A stretch of 64,000 nucleotides of DNA from Octopus bimaculoides (GCF_001194135.2 NC_068993.1:20842570-20906569); one strand, 5' to 3'; counted from the stretch's first letter, positions 25,601-38,666 are shown. A program made the numbers and translations. The notes: generated from the sequence alone by a model not told the origin.

Positions 25601-26193
25601 ATGTAACAAAAGCAAAGTTTGAAGGAAATATTAGCCAGTTTTTTATACTTTCTAGGAGTGAGCAAAGGGAAATAACAGTTGCTACCCAAGGACAAAAGTC
25701 GAGTTACACAATGTAATCGTTCTCATAACCCGAAGCATAAAGCAATTGCCATTACAAAGTATACACGCAGGCTTAAATTAAAATACTGAACACTACGTTC
25801 ATTCCAAGTAAAAGCTTAGAGTTTATAGATTCATATTTCTTTAACTGTTTGATTTGAAAAAATATTAAGTTTAACGGAATCTGAGTTGGAATATTTAAGA
25901 AAGCTAGCTATGAAATATACTTACCGAAGTTAATCTACCCTTTCACAACCGGAAGTCTTAGGAAGTAGTATGGAGTAAAAGAGGGAAAAAAAGCTCTGGT
26001 AAATTTCTGTAGAAAAATTTAAGATTAAATAATTAACATAATTAAGAAATAAGGGATAAAATTACATAACAAAATGCAGTATAAATTTTATGCACATTAG
26101 TTCCTAAGCTTCAACACTGATAATTATATACATAGACTTATACATATATTTACTGGGCATAATACCTATTCATACATCCATCTTTCCACACAA

Positions 26194-26264
<71 letters not shown>

Positions 26265-26611
26265 GAAAAGCGTCTCAGTAATTTCAAAGTTTAGCAATTT
26301 CTTTTCGTCAGAATGTCTGACGAAATTAATAAATAGTGAAACTTCAAAGTTCCCGAAACATTTTTCTTTTAAAAGTAAATTTCATGAGGATTCTAGAGCA
26401 TCAGCTCACAGGTGTTGTAAGTACTTCCAGGAAATAGTCTTATCTACAAATCAATAGACATGGTTGTAAATTAGGTATTAGTTTATTAACCTCCAGTATT
26501 TTTTGTAATTTATTCAGGTTTACCACAACACAGACTTCAGCTAAAAACAGATCTCCCGTAATGCTGCTGCGTAATTCATAACATATGCGGTTATGCAACG
26601 GTACAATATTG

Positions 26612-26827
26612 GTTTCAAATTTTGGCAGAAGGCTAGCAAGTTCGAGGGAGCGGATAATTCGATTAGATCGACCCCTGTGCTCGGCCGGTATTCATTTTAT
26701 CGTCCCCGAAAGAGAAGAAAGACAAAGTCGGCCTCGGCGGAATTTAAACTCAGAACCTAAAGTCGGACGAAATGCCGCTAAGCATTTTGTCCGGAGTGGT
26801 AACGATTCAGGTAGCTCGCTGCTTCAA
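26612..26827 (-). mobile_element. tRNA-derived SINE family B with 17-bp TSD
   Basis: Matches family B (GAGCTGGCAGAATCGTTAGC...GAGTTCAAATTCCGCCGAGG...GGGGTCGAT). TSD GCAACGG(T/C)ACAATATTG at 26595-26611 and 26828-26844. Confidence 0.88.
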
Positions 26828-27722
26828 GCAACGGCACAATATTGATGCTTATGTTTATGCAAATTCATGCCACATGTTATCCACGCTACTATTCTTATTG
26901 GGTACTCGCAGAATTTCTTCCATACAATAGATGTACTCTTCCCATTTCGGCAACTTCAGTTTCCAGAATACATACATGTAACTTTTGACTTACCATTTAG
27001 TTAACCCTAACGAGAAACTTTAACGATTGCTTGACTACAGTTTAATGAATACTATTTTGCTAACAACCAGTGTGCTCAAGTGTTCAAATTCCAAATTATT
27101 GCTTTATCAGTCCCTGTTGGTAAAACCAAAATCATTAAATATTTACAGATGTTGCCGTGGTAACATTCAGACTTTCCAAGGCTATCATATGTACATATTT
27201 AATATATAAACTGTGGATCAGTGCAACTCTTAATACCATATCAATGCATTCATTGTTGTTCCAATACTTTGACAGGTCTGTCGCCACTTTTCACTCGCTA
27301 TACGAAGGATTTCTTTTCCTAGGGTGTTTTACTTCCTGACCCACCGGTTTTGTTCATCTTAAAATAGTTTCTTGAATGAAAGAATTTCAGAATTAAAGTT
27401 TATTGTTATGTTTAATGGAAGTTTCAAATGAAACAACACTGCATTTATCTTTACTTAATCGCGAATTCATAAGCAACCTGCTTTAAATGTATTACGTAAA
27501 ATCTTTCCAACATAAGCATATATACATATGTATACACACATGTATACACACACATGTATACATACACACACACATACACACAACTCAAAACATGAGTGCA
27601 TGCATGAAACTTTCGGCCCTTCAGTCTCTTTACAACGTCTGCCGATTAAATACAATAATAATAATGATTCTGATGGCGAAGACGATGATGATGATAATGA
27701 TGATGAAAAGGAGGTGGAGGAT

Positions 27723-27757
<35 letters not shown>

Positions 27758-27839
27758 ATTGATATATATATNNNNNNNNNNNNNNNNNNNNNNNNNNNNN
27801 NNNNNNNNNNNNNNNNNNNNNNNNNNNNNNNNNNNNNNN

Positions 27840-27871
<32 letters not shown>

Positions 27872-28463
27872 CATACACACAATTTTTTTAAAGCTTAGTA
27901 ACTATAAGGCAGGAAAATATTTTTAAGATAATTACTTTAATTAACTAAACGTTTTAAAATCTTTTGTACGAATTTATTCTCTTTTCTTTCCTCTTTACGC
28001 AGCAAGCCTTCCGGTTTAAGTTCGGCAGGAAATTTTCTTAACAGCCTTTCAAGACAGATCCCTCAGGCCTTAAATAGTTTATATTTTCGTCGCATTCCTT
28101 AAAAAAAAACATCTATATGCACACTGCATGTGCTCAATCGAACTGCCCTTAGTTTTCAAAAGAAGGCAAGTATATTTTGCACTTGACACAAATTGCTCCG
28201 TGAGTTGAGTTAATAAGATATGCTCCGGAATTGCATAGACTTTAAAGTAATATAATCCGTTAATTGCTGACGATATGTTAAATTAAATCATAGACACAAT
28301 TGCACGCATTTCGGAATTGAATAATAAAAATCTTAACCGTTTAATTATTCAACGCAAGTAAGTGCTAAAGTATTACAAAAGAAAAACAGCTTGTCCGTGT
28401 GTTTACTTAACCTTACAACGTGTGATGGCTAATCAGAGATAGTATCTGCTTCTGTAAATAATA

Positions 28464-28779
28464 ACGATAAACGTCGCCCTTTCAAAGCCTAGCCAGGCAC
28501 ATGGGCCCGGTTTCCCGGTTTCTATGGCGTATGTGTTCCCCCTAGCTGAATGGGGCGCCAGTCCATCGCAGCGTTACTCGAGAAACAGGAAGAAAGAGTG
28601 AGAGAAAGTTGGGGCGAAAGAGTACAACACGGGTCGCCACCCCCCCCCTGCCGGAGCCTCGTGGAGCTTTTGGGTGTTTTCGCTCAATAAACACACACAA
28701 CGCCCGGTCTGGGAATCGAAACCGCGATCCTCCGACCGCGAGTCCGCTGCCCTAACCACTGGGCCATTGCGCCTCCTAC
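28464..28779 (-). mobile_element. Mosaic SINE: family A head and body with an alternative 3' tail
   Basis: 28585-28779 matches family A, while 28464-28580 is a different tail (GCCCGGTTTCCCGGTTTCTATGGCGT). A single 10-bp TSD GTAAATAATA encloses both. Confidence 0.88.
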
Positions 28780-29165
28780 GTAAATAATAGCATACTTTAA
28801 TTTAGCCAAAGTTTGCTTTGATTTAGTTAGATTTTTATATAGAAATCTAACAGATTATTTAATCCAACTTCTAAATAACTCTGCCCTTTCTTTCTCCCCT
28901 TTTCTTCTCCCGTTCTTATTGCATCCTCTCCTTTTCTATTTTCTTTTAATCCCTCTTTTATGTTGTATCCCCACCCATCTTATTTCTACGACCCATCTTT
29001 TCTGCGCCTCCTTCTCCCAATATATTTCATTGTGTTCTTTAATAGTTGCTTTTGTTTTATTTTCTTTTTGAGTATAAATTACTCTAAATATATTTAACAT
29101 TTCTTTTGAAAAATGATGACATTGGGAAACATGTCTACAGTCCATAAAAACTGTTTACTCTTTTT

Positions 29166-29369
29166 TTACTCTTTTACTTGTTTCAATCATTTGACTGCGG
29201 CCATACTAGAGCACCGCCTTTAGTCGAACAAATCGACCCCAGGACTTATTCTTTGTAAGCCTAATACTTATTCTATCGGTCTCTTTTGCCGAACCGCTAA
29301 GTTACGGGAACGTAAACACACCAGCATCGGAGGTCAAGTGATGGTGGTGGGACAAACACAGACACACAA

Positions 29370-29416
<47 letters not shown>

Positions 29417-29502
29417 TACGACGGGCTTCTTTCAGTTTCCGTCTACCAAATCCACTCACAAGGCTTTGGTCGGCTCGAGGCTATAGTAAAAGACACTTGC
29501 CC
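29166..29502 (-). mobile_element. SINE family C
   Basis: TTTTACTCTTTTACTTGTTTC tail, GCCGAACCGCTAAGTTACGG, and internal (TA)n. Confidence 0.88.
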
Positions 29503-29522
29503 ATACATATACGTATATAATA

Positions 29523-29604
<82 letters not shown>

Positions 29605-29675
29605 NNNNNNNNNNNNNNNNNNNNNNNNNNNNNNNNNNNNNNNNNNNNNNNNNNNNNNNNNNNNNNNNNTGTATA

Positions 29676-29726
<51 letters not shown>

Positions 29727-31679
29727 AATAGAGAGAGAGGAAAAGAGAAGGAGAGAGAGACGCTGTTAAATATGCAAGGTAATTGTAATATACTGAGTGG
29801 GGGGCTTGAAATAGCTACCGAAGTTGATTTTGTACCGTATATATTAGTGCGTAATATCGTCAGCACCAAGTTAACCATCCTGGGGATAATAATTTTCCTT
29901 TTATTTTTAAAGTATCAAAAAGATAAATAATTTACGAATAAATAAATAAATGATATCAGCATGAAAAAGGTTGTGTCTATACGTAACCCCGACCGATCTC
30001 CAGTCTATTCAAATTTGTCACAGGCCCAGTCCCTTTGACCTTTATCACACATGAAATTTACCGTGTCCTCTGTTCCCTTTCTTTTAAGCGTACCCAACTC
30101 GAATCACGCAGAGAGCCTATACGTGGTCGTTCAACCCGCTAAAAACATCAACAACAAAACGTCCCAAAATTACACCTTACTACTTTGGGAAAAGAAAGAA
30201 GACCTTACATGGTATAGAACCAGATACCCTTAAAAAGACAGGATGATCCTGGTTGAAACACTTTTACTGCGTTTGCTTAATCGAAGTTGACTTGAGGGTT
30301 AATCAATAGCGGCAGAACAACAACAAATACTTGACTACTTCAGTTTCAGCTTCAGTTAACATGGAACCTAAAGAAATTGTGTGGGCTTCGTCTGAAAAGG
30401 AAAAAAATAACTCTGACCCAAGCCATTTAACCTTATCTGTAGTAGTAGAGCCTTGAGAGAAAGAAAGAACCAGCTTACTCACTCAATTCTCTAACAGAAA
30501 ACAGTTGTGTGATCGTTTCGATGGATTTGACTGATTTTGGAAGCTGGTTGGCGTATAATCTCATTGACAATACATCGGAAATTACTGGCAGAAGCGTATA
30601 ATATATCTTGTGCATATACTTCAAATATTGAAAGTACCTGGTTGATTGATTTAGCTATTTCATGAATTATTGAACAAGCAGATACCACTGAGGGAGAACC
30701 AGAAATAGCCATAATAAACCGACATTTCAAGAAGGCTTCGAAGGCTGCAAACTACTTCTCGAAATTTCGCGTTTGCTCCAAAATATATTTACGTTATACT
30801 TACGAAGTATGTAATTTCACAACGTAGTAATTAGCTCAGATGAGTACCATGTATATTCCGATTGCAGCATGTGAGAAATATTTCTTCAAAAATTTAGGAT
30901 CATTCATGGTAATGAGAATGGTTTCTTAGTCACACACTGAGACTGTGTCGGAAAATGCTATCGGGAAGGAGTGTAAATGCCTCACAAACTTACTCGAGAG
31001 TTCTGTCTGACAGGAAGCTACCAGATTTTCCAATACGCCAACTTGGACTTGATTAAACTGTACCGGGTTACCAGATCCTATCTAGTGTAGGCAGAAACGT
31101 GATGCGGCAACAACGCTCCAATTAAGTTTGAATAGCTTATCAGACATGTGATATTCAATGTTTGCGTTTCAATAATACCCATCATCTCGACTGTATCGGT
31201 AGAAGGTGGATCAAAGACGGTGAACTTCAGTGCCTGCCCCGACGGCTTGCGGTGGTGGGACTCGTCATAAATAGTGGATAGCAGTGAAAATCTGATAACA
31301 GCACCTGAGATATGATTGGCAGTGAATGGTTGTGTAAGAAGCAATTTGAATGATATAAATGGCCACTCAAACGACCTTGAGGTGTTTATTTTGGTTGCTT
31401 TGAAAGATTGAATTGCTTCAATATACAGTGAATCTTCCAAGTGGCGAAAATAAGTAGCCATCCAGCCATTAGAATAGTTTACAATTACAAACTCAGTCCG
31501 CAAAGCATATCAAACATCAAAGAAATCAAGTCGATCGCTCCGTACTGAAGGAATATGGCGTAGTAACGAGAGCTCACATCAACCAAGGCAAGTTAGTTTG
31601 TTCCTTAAATATGTTACATCGGTGTTTGCTGCCATTAGATGTAAATTACAGGCACATATTTATATACTGTGCTTGTGTA

Positions 31680-32480
31680 TCTAGGCCACTAACATTTCCC
31701 CTAATACTTCAGCTGTTCCTAATAAGATAGTTTTGAGAAGGTATTCTGTTCTAATTTTTACTCCAGTTTTAGTTAATCATTTGACTATTAGGGATTATAG
31801 AAAAATATCTCTCCATTATTCATATCATATGTAGCTTCGCTTCAAGAGCGACCAATTTGGAAACATGTTTAAAATCTTGGTATGTCTCCGCTTATTCGTT
31901 TTTCTTACTTCCCAGTCTGTCTCGGAAGTTCATTACCAATTATTTCCTATTTCTGTACTGTATTATTCACTACAACGATATCTGGTTTCTAACTCTGGTA
32001 ACGAAACATGATTATACCGAGAGGTTGGATATCGTACAATTCTGTGTTTTTTCTAATATATATTTTCCACATAATTTCCAGTGGATGCTCTGCACTAATT
32101 ACTGCATCTATTTATCCACTATGCTTCACAACCACTAATTCGTTTCTCATAAAGATTCTTATGAGTGCCAAGCGATGAATAAAGCTGAGTCTCAAGCTTT
32201 TGATCAGGACTTCTTATCCGTGACCGGGAATTATCTACATATTTATTCATTTCCCAAATAACCTGCCCATTCATTTTATTTTCTTGCCCAAAACCTTTGC
32301 TTTATAATATTTTTTCAACATAATATCCCTTAAATTTTCCTGGTGTCATATAGTCTCCAGTTTCAGCTATTCCCTGCTTACTATTTCTTCCAGCACAGTA
32401 CTAACAGTGTTACTTACATACGTAGATGCATTTACCTTCCTTTTATCTTCTATAAGGTTCTTCAGGACTTACTAAGGCGC
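31680..32480 (-). mobile_element. Decayed R4/Dong-like LINE 3' region (restriction-like endonuclease)
   Basis: Motifs in the expected order on the minus strand: LKLET...YYKAK, IHWKLCGKY (32060-32086), KPDIVVV (31968-31988) and terminal LLKTILLGTAEVL. Confidence 0.7.
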
Positions 32481-32588
32481 TTCTTCTTTTCTATGTATTT
32501 ATCCTACTAAAATATAGATATTATTTTTCGAGTTGTTTAATCAAAACAAACTTTTTACTCTTTGGTAGTTTAATACATATTAAATTAG

Positions 32589-32805
32589 AGGCGGTGAGCT
32601 GGTAGAATCGTAAGCACGCCGGACAAAATGCTTCGCAACATTTCGTTCATCTTCACGTTCTGAGTTCAATTTCTGCCGCGAGCAGCTTTGCTTTTCATCC
32701 TCACGAGGCCGATCGAATAAAGTTCCAGTTGAGAACTGGGGTCGATGTAATCGACTTACCCCTCATCCGAAATTGATGGCCTTGGCTCAAAATTTGAAAC
32801 CAATA
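32589..32805 (+). mobile_element. SINE family B, full length
   Basis: AGGCGGTGAGCTGGTAGAATCG...GAGTTCAATTT...GGGGTCGATGTAATCGACTTACC...AATTTGAAACCAATA. Confidence 0.9.
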
Positions 32806-33534
32806 TATGTCAAAAATAGTTATCACCAATATGTTATTGATTAGCTTTATCTTTGCAACTTGATCAAACATTTACGCACTAATTCTAATTTTCCGAATTA
32901 CAATTTTCAAGAAGTCCTTTCCCGTTTCTTTCCTAAGTCTTATCTAGCACTGTTAAATCTAATTATCTGTAACCTTCTCTATCTACCTGTTTCCTTTGTA
33001 AAGTAACTGTCTTCAATTACTTCCCTCTAGCCGTCCTGTTTTCATTATTAAATCGCTAAAACGTCACGTTCGTTTTTGTTGTTTTTTTATCTCAACTTCT
33101 ACCTCAATATTTATACTAAAATATTCTCGACTTTGTGTACTAAAAAATCTATTTCATCTTCGTACTATACATTTTAAAGTCATCCGTAAATAGAATGTAC
33201 TTCACTTTATACTGTACATTTTAATACTATACGTACTTTTTGTCATTCTTAGCCGCAGTATTGTCTTGCATATCACAAAATTGAAATGGCGCAGGCAACC
33301 ATTAGGATTTACTTTCCTATTGATCATAATTTCCTAACTCTTCGCAAAATAGCTTTATTTTATTTTTCCTCCTCTCAAACTCTTTCCAAGCAACTTTCTC
33401 GAATTCTCTATTTCCTTTATAGAGATAGGAATGAGAAATCACATTGGAGTCCTTATTTCTTTTTTATAATCAGTCCATGTTATCTTCAATAATACTCTAG
33501 CGCAATAAAAGTTAAAATAAGTAGCGTTCTGCTT

Positions 33535-33565
<31 letters not shown>

Positions 33566-34761
33566 TTTGTCTGTTTTCGTTAAAATGTCTACGAAAACTT
33601 CTATCGTGAGTTTGCTGCTAACATTGATTTGGTGTGCCTATTCATTTCATCACGCTTCGCTTTTTGTTCACTAAAAAACACTAAAGGATATCTCCGACTT
33701 AGTATTTACCAGGTGTTGGTTCTTTTTCCCCAGCCAGTTTTGTTTGTAAGATCGTCTGACTCCCTGTTTATATATTTTGGGACTTTATCTTTTATTTCTT
33801 TCTGTTTCATTCCATAATCGTCCAGAACACTCCTGTAGCTATGTATTTCGTTCTCCTTGTATTACTTTGTTATCTAAAAATGCGATTCCCACAGACTTTA
33901 CCTTATTTATTTTATTTTATCTATTTATTTATTTATTTATTTATTTATTTCATTTCTCTCAATGCCACACTGCCTGCTAGTTTCTCTGACGAAAGTTCTA
34001 ACATTCTTTATCCTTTTCACTTTTTGGTGTAGGTCTGAGGGTATTTATGGACATTAAAACTTTATAAGATTTATACAGAAGGTACCTACGCTAGTGTTTT
34101 TATCTATTCACTACCAACAGAACCAGCTATTGAATCTTTTTTGGAAAATCATCTTTCTTCTCTTTTTCTTATCTTAACTTAAAAGAGTAGCTCTTGTTTG
34201 CATGTCAGCATTCCAACTAAACTCGCTGATACTTCAACAACGTCTCAACAACGTTCTCTATCCAACCAATGATGTCATTGTTTTAATCTTTCGTTTCGGT
34301 TCTATACGTTTCTAGCTCAAATGACGCTGAGGCCAATTTCATCCTTTCTGAGTTTATAACATAATGTCACGATCATGAGTCCAACACCCTACTAAGCCAC
34401 GTGCCTCCACCGGCACTTTCTATATTAACAATAAACAACTGATAGATGTGTAGTTGCTCAAGTACTGGGAATTGATGGTTTCGACTAAATCCTGCCCTAA
34501 AATCTGTTGAGCTTGTGCCTAAATCAGAAGCAATTATTCACAACACTTTAGAATCTGTTGCAGAGAATCCTACCATGTGCTGACTTTTCGTTGGTCGATC
34601 TATTGTATCGCTAAGTTTTTCCTTTCTATCAATTCATTGTATCTCTTGATATCTTTGGTGGTCTTGCTGACTTACAATTTTATCAAAATTTACATCTTAC
34701 TATCTGTCACTTCTATTAGCACTAGTAAAAGTTCCTTCCCGACTCATATAGACTCGTAAGA

Positions 34762-34962
34762 CCGGTTTCCCCGGCCTCCATGGCGTATATATATTCCTCA
34801 CCAGGACAGGACGCCGGTCCGTCGCAGGGTTACTCATGGAGCAACATGAAATAAAGTGTTTTGCTCAAGAACACAACACGTCGCCCGGCTAGGGAATCGA
34901 AACCATCATCTTATGATCATGAGTCCAACACCCTACTAAGCCACGTGCATCCACCGGCACCT
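34762..34962 (-). mobile_element. SINE: tRNA head + truncated CORE-like domain + alternative tail
   Basis: B box GGTTTCGATTCC and TTCTTGAGCAAAACACTTT; tail shared with the 28464 copy. Confidence 0.75.
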
Positions 34963-35298
34963 TCTATATTAACAATAAACAACTGATAGATGTGTAGTTG
35001 CTCGTTTCAGTTCCATTTATCTTGTCGTTTATATAAGTACAGTATTCCCTTACTTCTTCCGCTAAGCACCGAATGATATATATTAATTATATATATATAT
35101 ATTAAAAAGTTTAACTACATATTATTAAGGAAAATCGGTGTGTTATAGAAAGCATTAATGATGCTGATAGAATATAAAAAATATGAAAAACAGAAATGAC
35201 GAAGATCTGAAATGTAACATTAGAAATATTTAATTCGACCAAATATTTCGAGTTAAAACTCTATTTCAAAGATTTAAAGAACAATATATGTATACCAT

Positions 35299-35333
<35 letters not shown>

Positions 35334-35775
35334 GGGGGGGGGAGAAAGAGAGAGAGAAGGAGATAGAGAGAGATTGTTTGTTTATTTTGTTGATGTTCCA
35401 CACACTGGAGATATATTTACTTCACCATCGTGTCCTTTAAGGTTTTGAAAAGGATTCTAATTCGAAATAACAGGAGTAATTAGATATTTCAAAAGTAGCA
35501 TTTCNNNNNNNNNNNNNNNNNNNNNNNNNNNNNNNNNNNNNNNNNNNNNNNNNNNNNNNNNNNNNNNNNNNNNNNNNNNNNNNNNNNNNNNNNNNNNNNN
35601 NNNNNNNNNNNNNNNNNNNNNNNNNNNNNNNNNNNNNNNNNNNNNNNNNNNNNNNNNNNNNNNNNNNNNNNNNNNNNNNNNNNNNNNNNNNNNNNNNNNN
35701 NNNNNNNNNNNNNNNNNNNNNNNNNNNNNNNNNNNNNNNNNNNNNNNNNNNNNNNNNNNNNNNNNNNNNNNNNNN

Positions 35776-35992
35776 GTTTGTGTGTGTGTGTTTGTCCCCC
35801 CAATATCGCTTGACAACCGATGCTGGTGTGTTTACGTCTCCGTAACTTAGCGGTTCGGCAAAAGGATCCGATAGAATAAGTACTAGGCTTCCAAAGAATA
35901 AGTCCTGGGGTCCATTTGCTCGACTAAAGGCGGTGCTCCAGCATGGCCGCAGTCAAATGACTGAAACAAGTAAAAGAGTAAAAGAGTAAAAG
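35776..35992 (+). mobile_element. SINE family C 3' half
   Basis: Young-looking copy ending (GTAAAAGA)3 directly before (TA)n. Confidence 0.88.
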
Positions 35993-36699
35993 ATATATAT
36001 ATATATATATATATATATAGGGGGGGGGAGAAAGAGAGAGAGAAGGAGATAGAGAGAGATTGTTTGTTTATTTTGTTGATGTTCCACACACTGGAGATAT
36101 ATTTACTTCACCATCGTGTCCTTTAAGGTTTTGAAAAGGATTCTAATTCGAAATAACAGGAGTAATTAGATATTTCAAAAGTAGCATTTCAATGTTTTTG
36201 TTATTGTTAATGTTTACAACAAACCGATTTTCAACAAATCCCGCAATGCTTGAAACGAACTATAACACCCTTCCATACTATTAAAGGGTTTAATCCGGAA
36301 GTTCATGTGAGCTTAAATCTTTCTAGTATCTTATTTGATTTTTAATTAGTTTTCCCTTTTATTAAGCAAATTTAACCTTTACTCGGGTCGTTTTCACATT
36401 AATCAGGATTACTGTCTCCAATTTACACCCCTCTCGCGTTCCGGTTTGTTTACAAGAACGCATGATCAGTATATTTTTGTACATTTTGATGTTCTATCGT
36501 ATATTTCATTTCTCGATTTTTCTTCTTCGTCTCAAAATATTTTGTCTTAATTATATTTTTTGACCCGCTGTGCATATCCCTGTTTGCGATTTCGTGTCAT
36601 TTTATTTACAACGCTCACTGGTTAATCGCAACACCAGCGTCTGCTTTGACACTGTTACTTTGTATATCACTGGCAGGAAATGAACGGTCGAACGCCCAT

Positions 36700-36830
36700 C
36701 ATTAACAAGACCAAGAAAGGTCGAAATCACGTGACCTGGTTGCCTTGGCGCTGATGGTGGCGCGGTTTTTTCTCACCGCTACCAATTTAAACAAGCGTGC
36801 ATTTTGAAACAAAAGCCAATATGAAAGTTT
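36700..36830. promoter_or_regulatory. Candidate promoter motif cluster (E-box, two CCAAT boxes, CpG-rich)
   Basis: TCACGTGACC near 36727, CCAAT near 36782 and 36816, and GGTGGCGCGG in a repeat-free, locally CpG-rich stretch. No transcript evidence. Confidence 0.35.
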
Positions 36831-37761
36831 CTCCTATGGTACCTACCACAGTATAGTTTGTTCCATCAGATAGCTGGCTTTTTAGTTTCTTGGTAGAATT
36901 GCAGACGAGACGGAAACGAGCACTGAGGATAACTTTCAAGAATCAAGGGTCAATCCTTTGGATTCATCCAAATCGATCGATGCCTCGTCGAAATAAAATT
37001 TGTTAACCATCCGCTCTTCCATGTACAAACCACATCAGATAATCCAAATCGCATCTGGAGAAGGATGGTGTTGAATGTTTACAATTTTGGCTAAATGGAA
37101 GAAGTATACACTTTGTATGCGAATCAAATGGGAATTTGATGAGGATCGTACACTTCTGCGCCATCCCAACGTCAACCACTAATCTCTTCAGAGTCTTAAA
37201 GTCTGATTCTGCGTTGACCAGAAAAAATGTTGATGTCCTCGTTGTCTCCATTCTTCCTCAGCAGCAGTAGAACTCCCCCCTTAAACAGCTTAGAATACTT
37301 CGAGTTTACTGCCATTTGAAATAAATATATCTCAAGATGTGCGGAAGAACTTGTTTGGGAAGTGTTCATAGAACACGTAACATAGACCGTCAAACCAGGC
37401 AATTTGTCGCCTGGCTCAACTTGTGTACCTCTAACTATATATTATCTGCCGTGATGGGGTTCCCGCTACAATCCAATCTTTCTTTCGAATATTGTAGTAG
37501 ATCAAACGTTTTCTTCTCCTTTTACTCCTCGTGGTCACGGCTTGTAAGTATCCAAACCACTTATTCTCTTCTGATTTCTCGAGAATTCGGAATCAAAATA
37601 GTTAAAGGAAATCGGAGAAAAAACTATTTGGGGCATGCGTGTGCGTACGTGTCACTTGAGTTAATATCGGTGTTATTCTTTTATAGCGAGCAGAGGACAT
37701 CTCTTGGCTTTCTAACCCTTCGACCCTCATCTCACATGTATCGCGGCACTGGTTTGGATAC

Positions 37762-38280
37762 CTGCTGTTGTTGTTATTGCAGCGGTTGCTATGGTGACGT
37801 TGCTATTGCTGTTGTTGGTATTGATGTTGTTGCTGTTATTGTTGCGACTTTTGTTCGACTTGCTGATGATTATGATGATGATGGGGATGGGAAGGAGGAG
37901 GAGGAGGAGGAGGAGGAAGAAGAAGAAGAAGAAGAAGAAGAAGAAGAAGAAGAAGAAGAAGAAGAAGAAGAATTTGCAAAAATACTGAGGGAAAAAGATA
38001 AGATAGAGGAACAGATCCAATGTAGAGTTTGGGGAAACAAGTTCTGTAGATAAAAATTTAGAGGGAAAGAGAGAGAGTGAGTGTGTGTGTGAGTGTATGT
38101 ATGTGTAACAGAAAGAAAGAAAGAAAGAAAGAAAGGGTAAGGGAAGGGAGGGTGTGTGTATGTGTATATCTGTGTGTGCGTGTGGAAGAGAGAGAGAGAG
38201 AGAGAGAGAGAAAGTATGAGTGTGTGTGTATTTGTGTGTGAAAGAGTGTCTATATCTACCTGATAGAGAGGGGGAGGGAG
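37762..38280. repeat. Compound GTT/GAT/GGA/GAA and GA/GT microsatellite block
   Basis: Read directly; explains the poly-E, poly-K and poly-F ORFs. Confidence 0.95.
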
Positions 38281-38385
38281 AGATGGAGGAGAAGAAAGTG
38301 AGGAGAAGATATATATAAGAAGACTTGAATTAAGACAGAGGTAGTAAGGTAAGAAGTCAGAGTTTCGGTAAGGTAAGGAAGGGAC

Positions 38386-38566
38386 GGTTAGCGTTAATCA
38401 ACTGCAAGGGGTGTAAAGGATTCTTCAAAAGTAAGGAGTGTAAGGGATATTCAATAATAAGCGGTTGCAAGGCTTATTCAACTGTGTGGGCTGCCAATGT
38501 TTATTCAGAAAAGTCAGGGTTAGTAAGCTTTATTCAATAGCAAGGAGGTGGTAACGGTTATTCAAC
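38386..38566 (+). repeat. Diverged ~27-bp periodic array with conserved TATTCAA core
   Basis: Core starts at 38395, 38422, 38448, 38475, 38502, 38531 and 38559. Confidence 0.75.
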
Positions 38567-38666
38567 TTCAATGTCTTCCTAAATTACTTGGTTGTTTTCT
38601 TTTCCTAACTATAAAAATAAGAACCCAATGACCATTATCAGCAATGGTTATATTAGCCCTTTTTAC

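Noticed and set aside
37337-38053. 238-aa ORF with poly-E tract
   Set aside because: It is extended by GTT/GAT/GGA/GAA repeats, starts at a non-conserved position and has no recognisable domain.
38386-38566. CRISPR-like array
   Set aside because: The context is eukaryotic, repeats are degenerate and about 15 bp, spacers are about 12 bp and resemble each other, and no cas genes are present.
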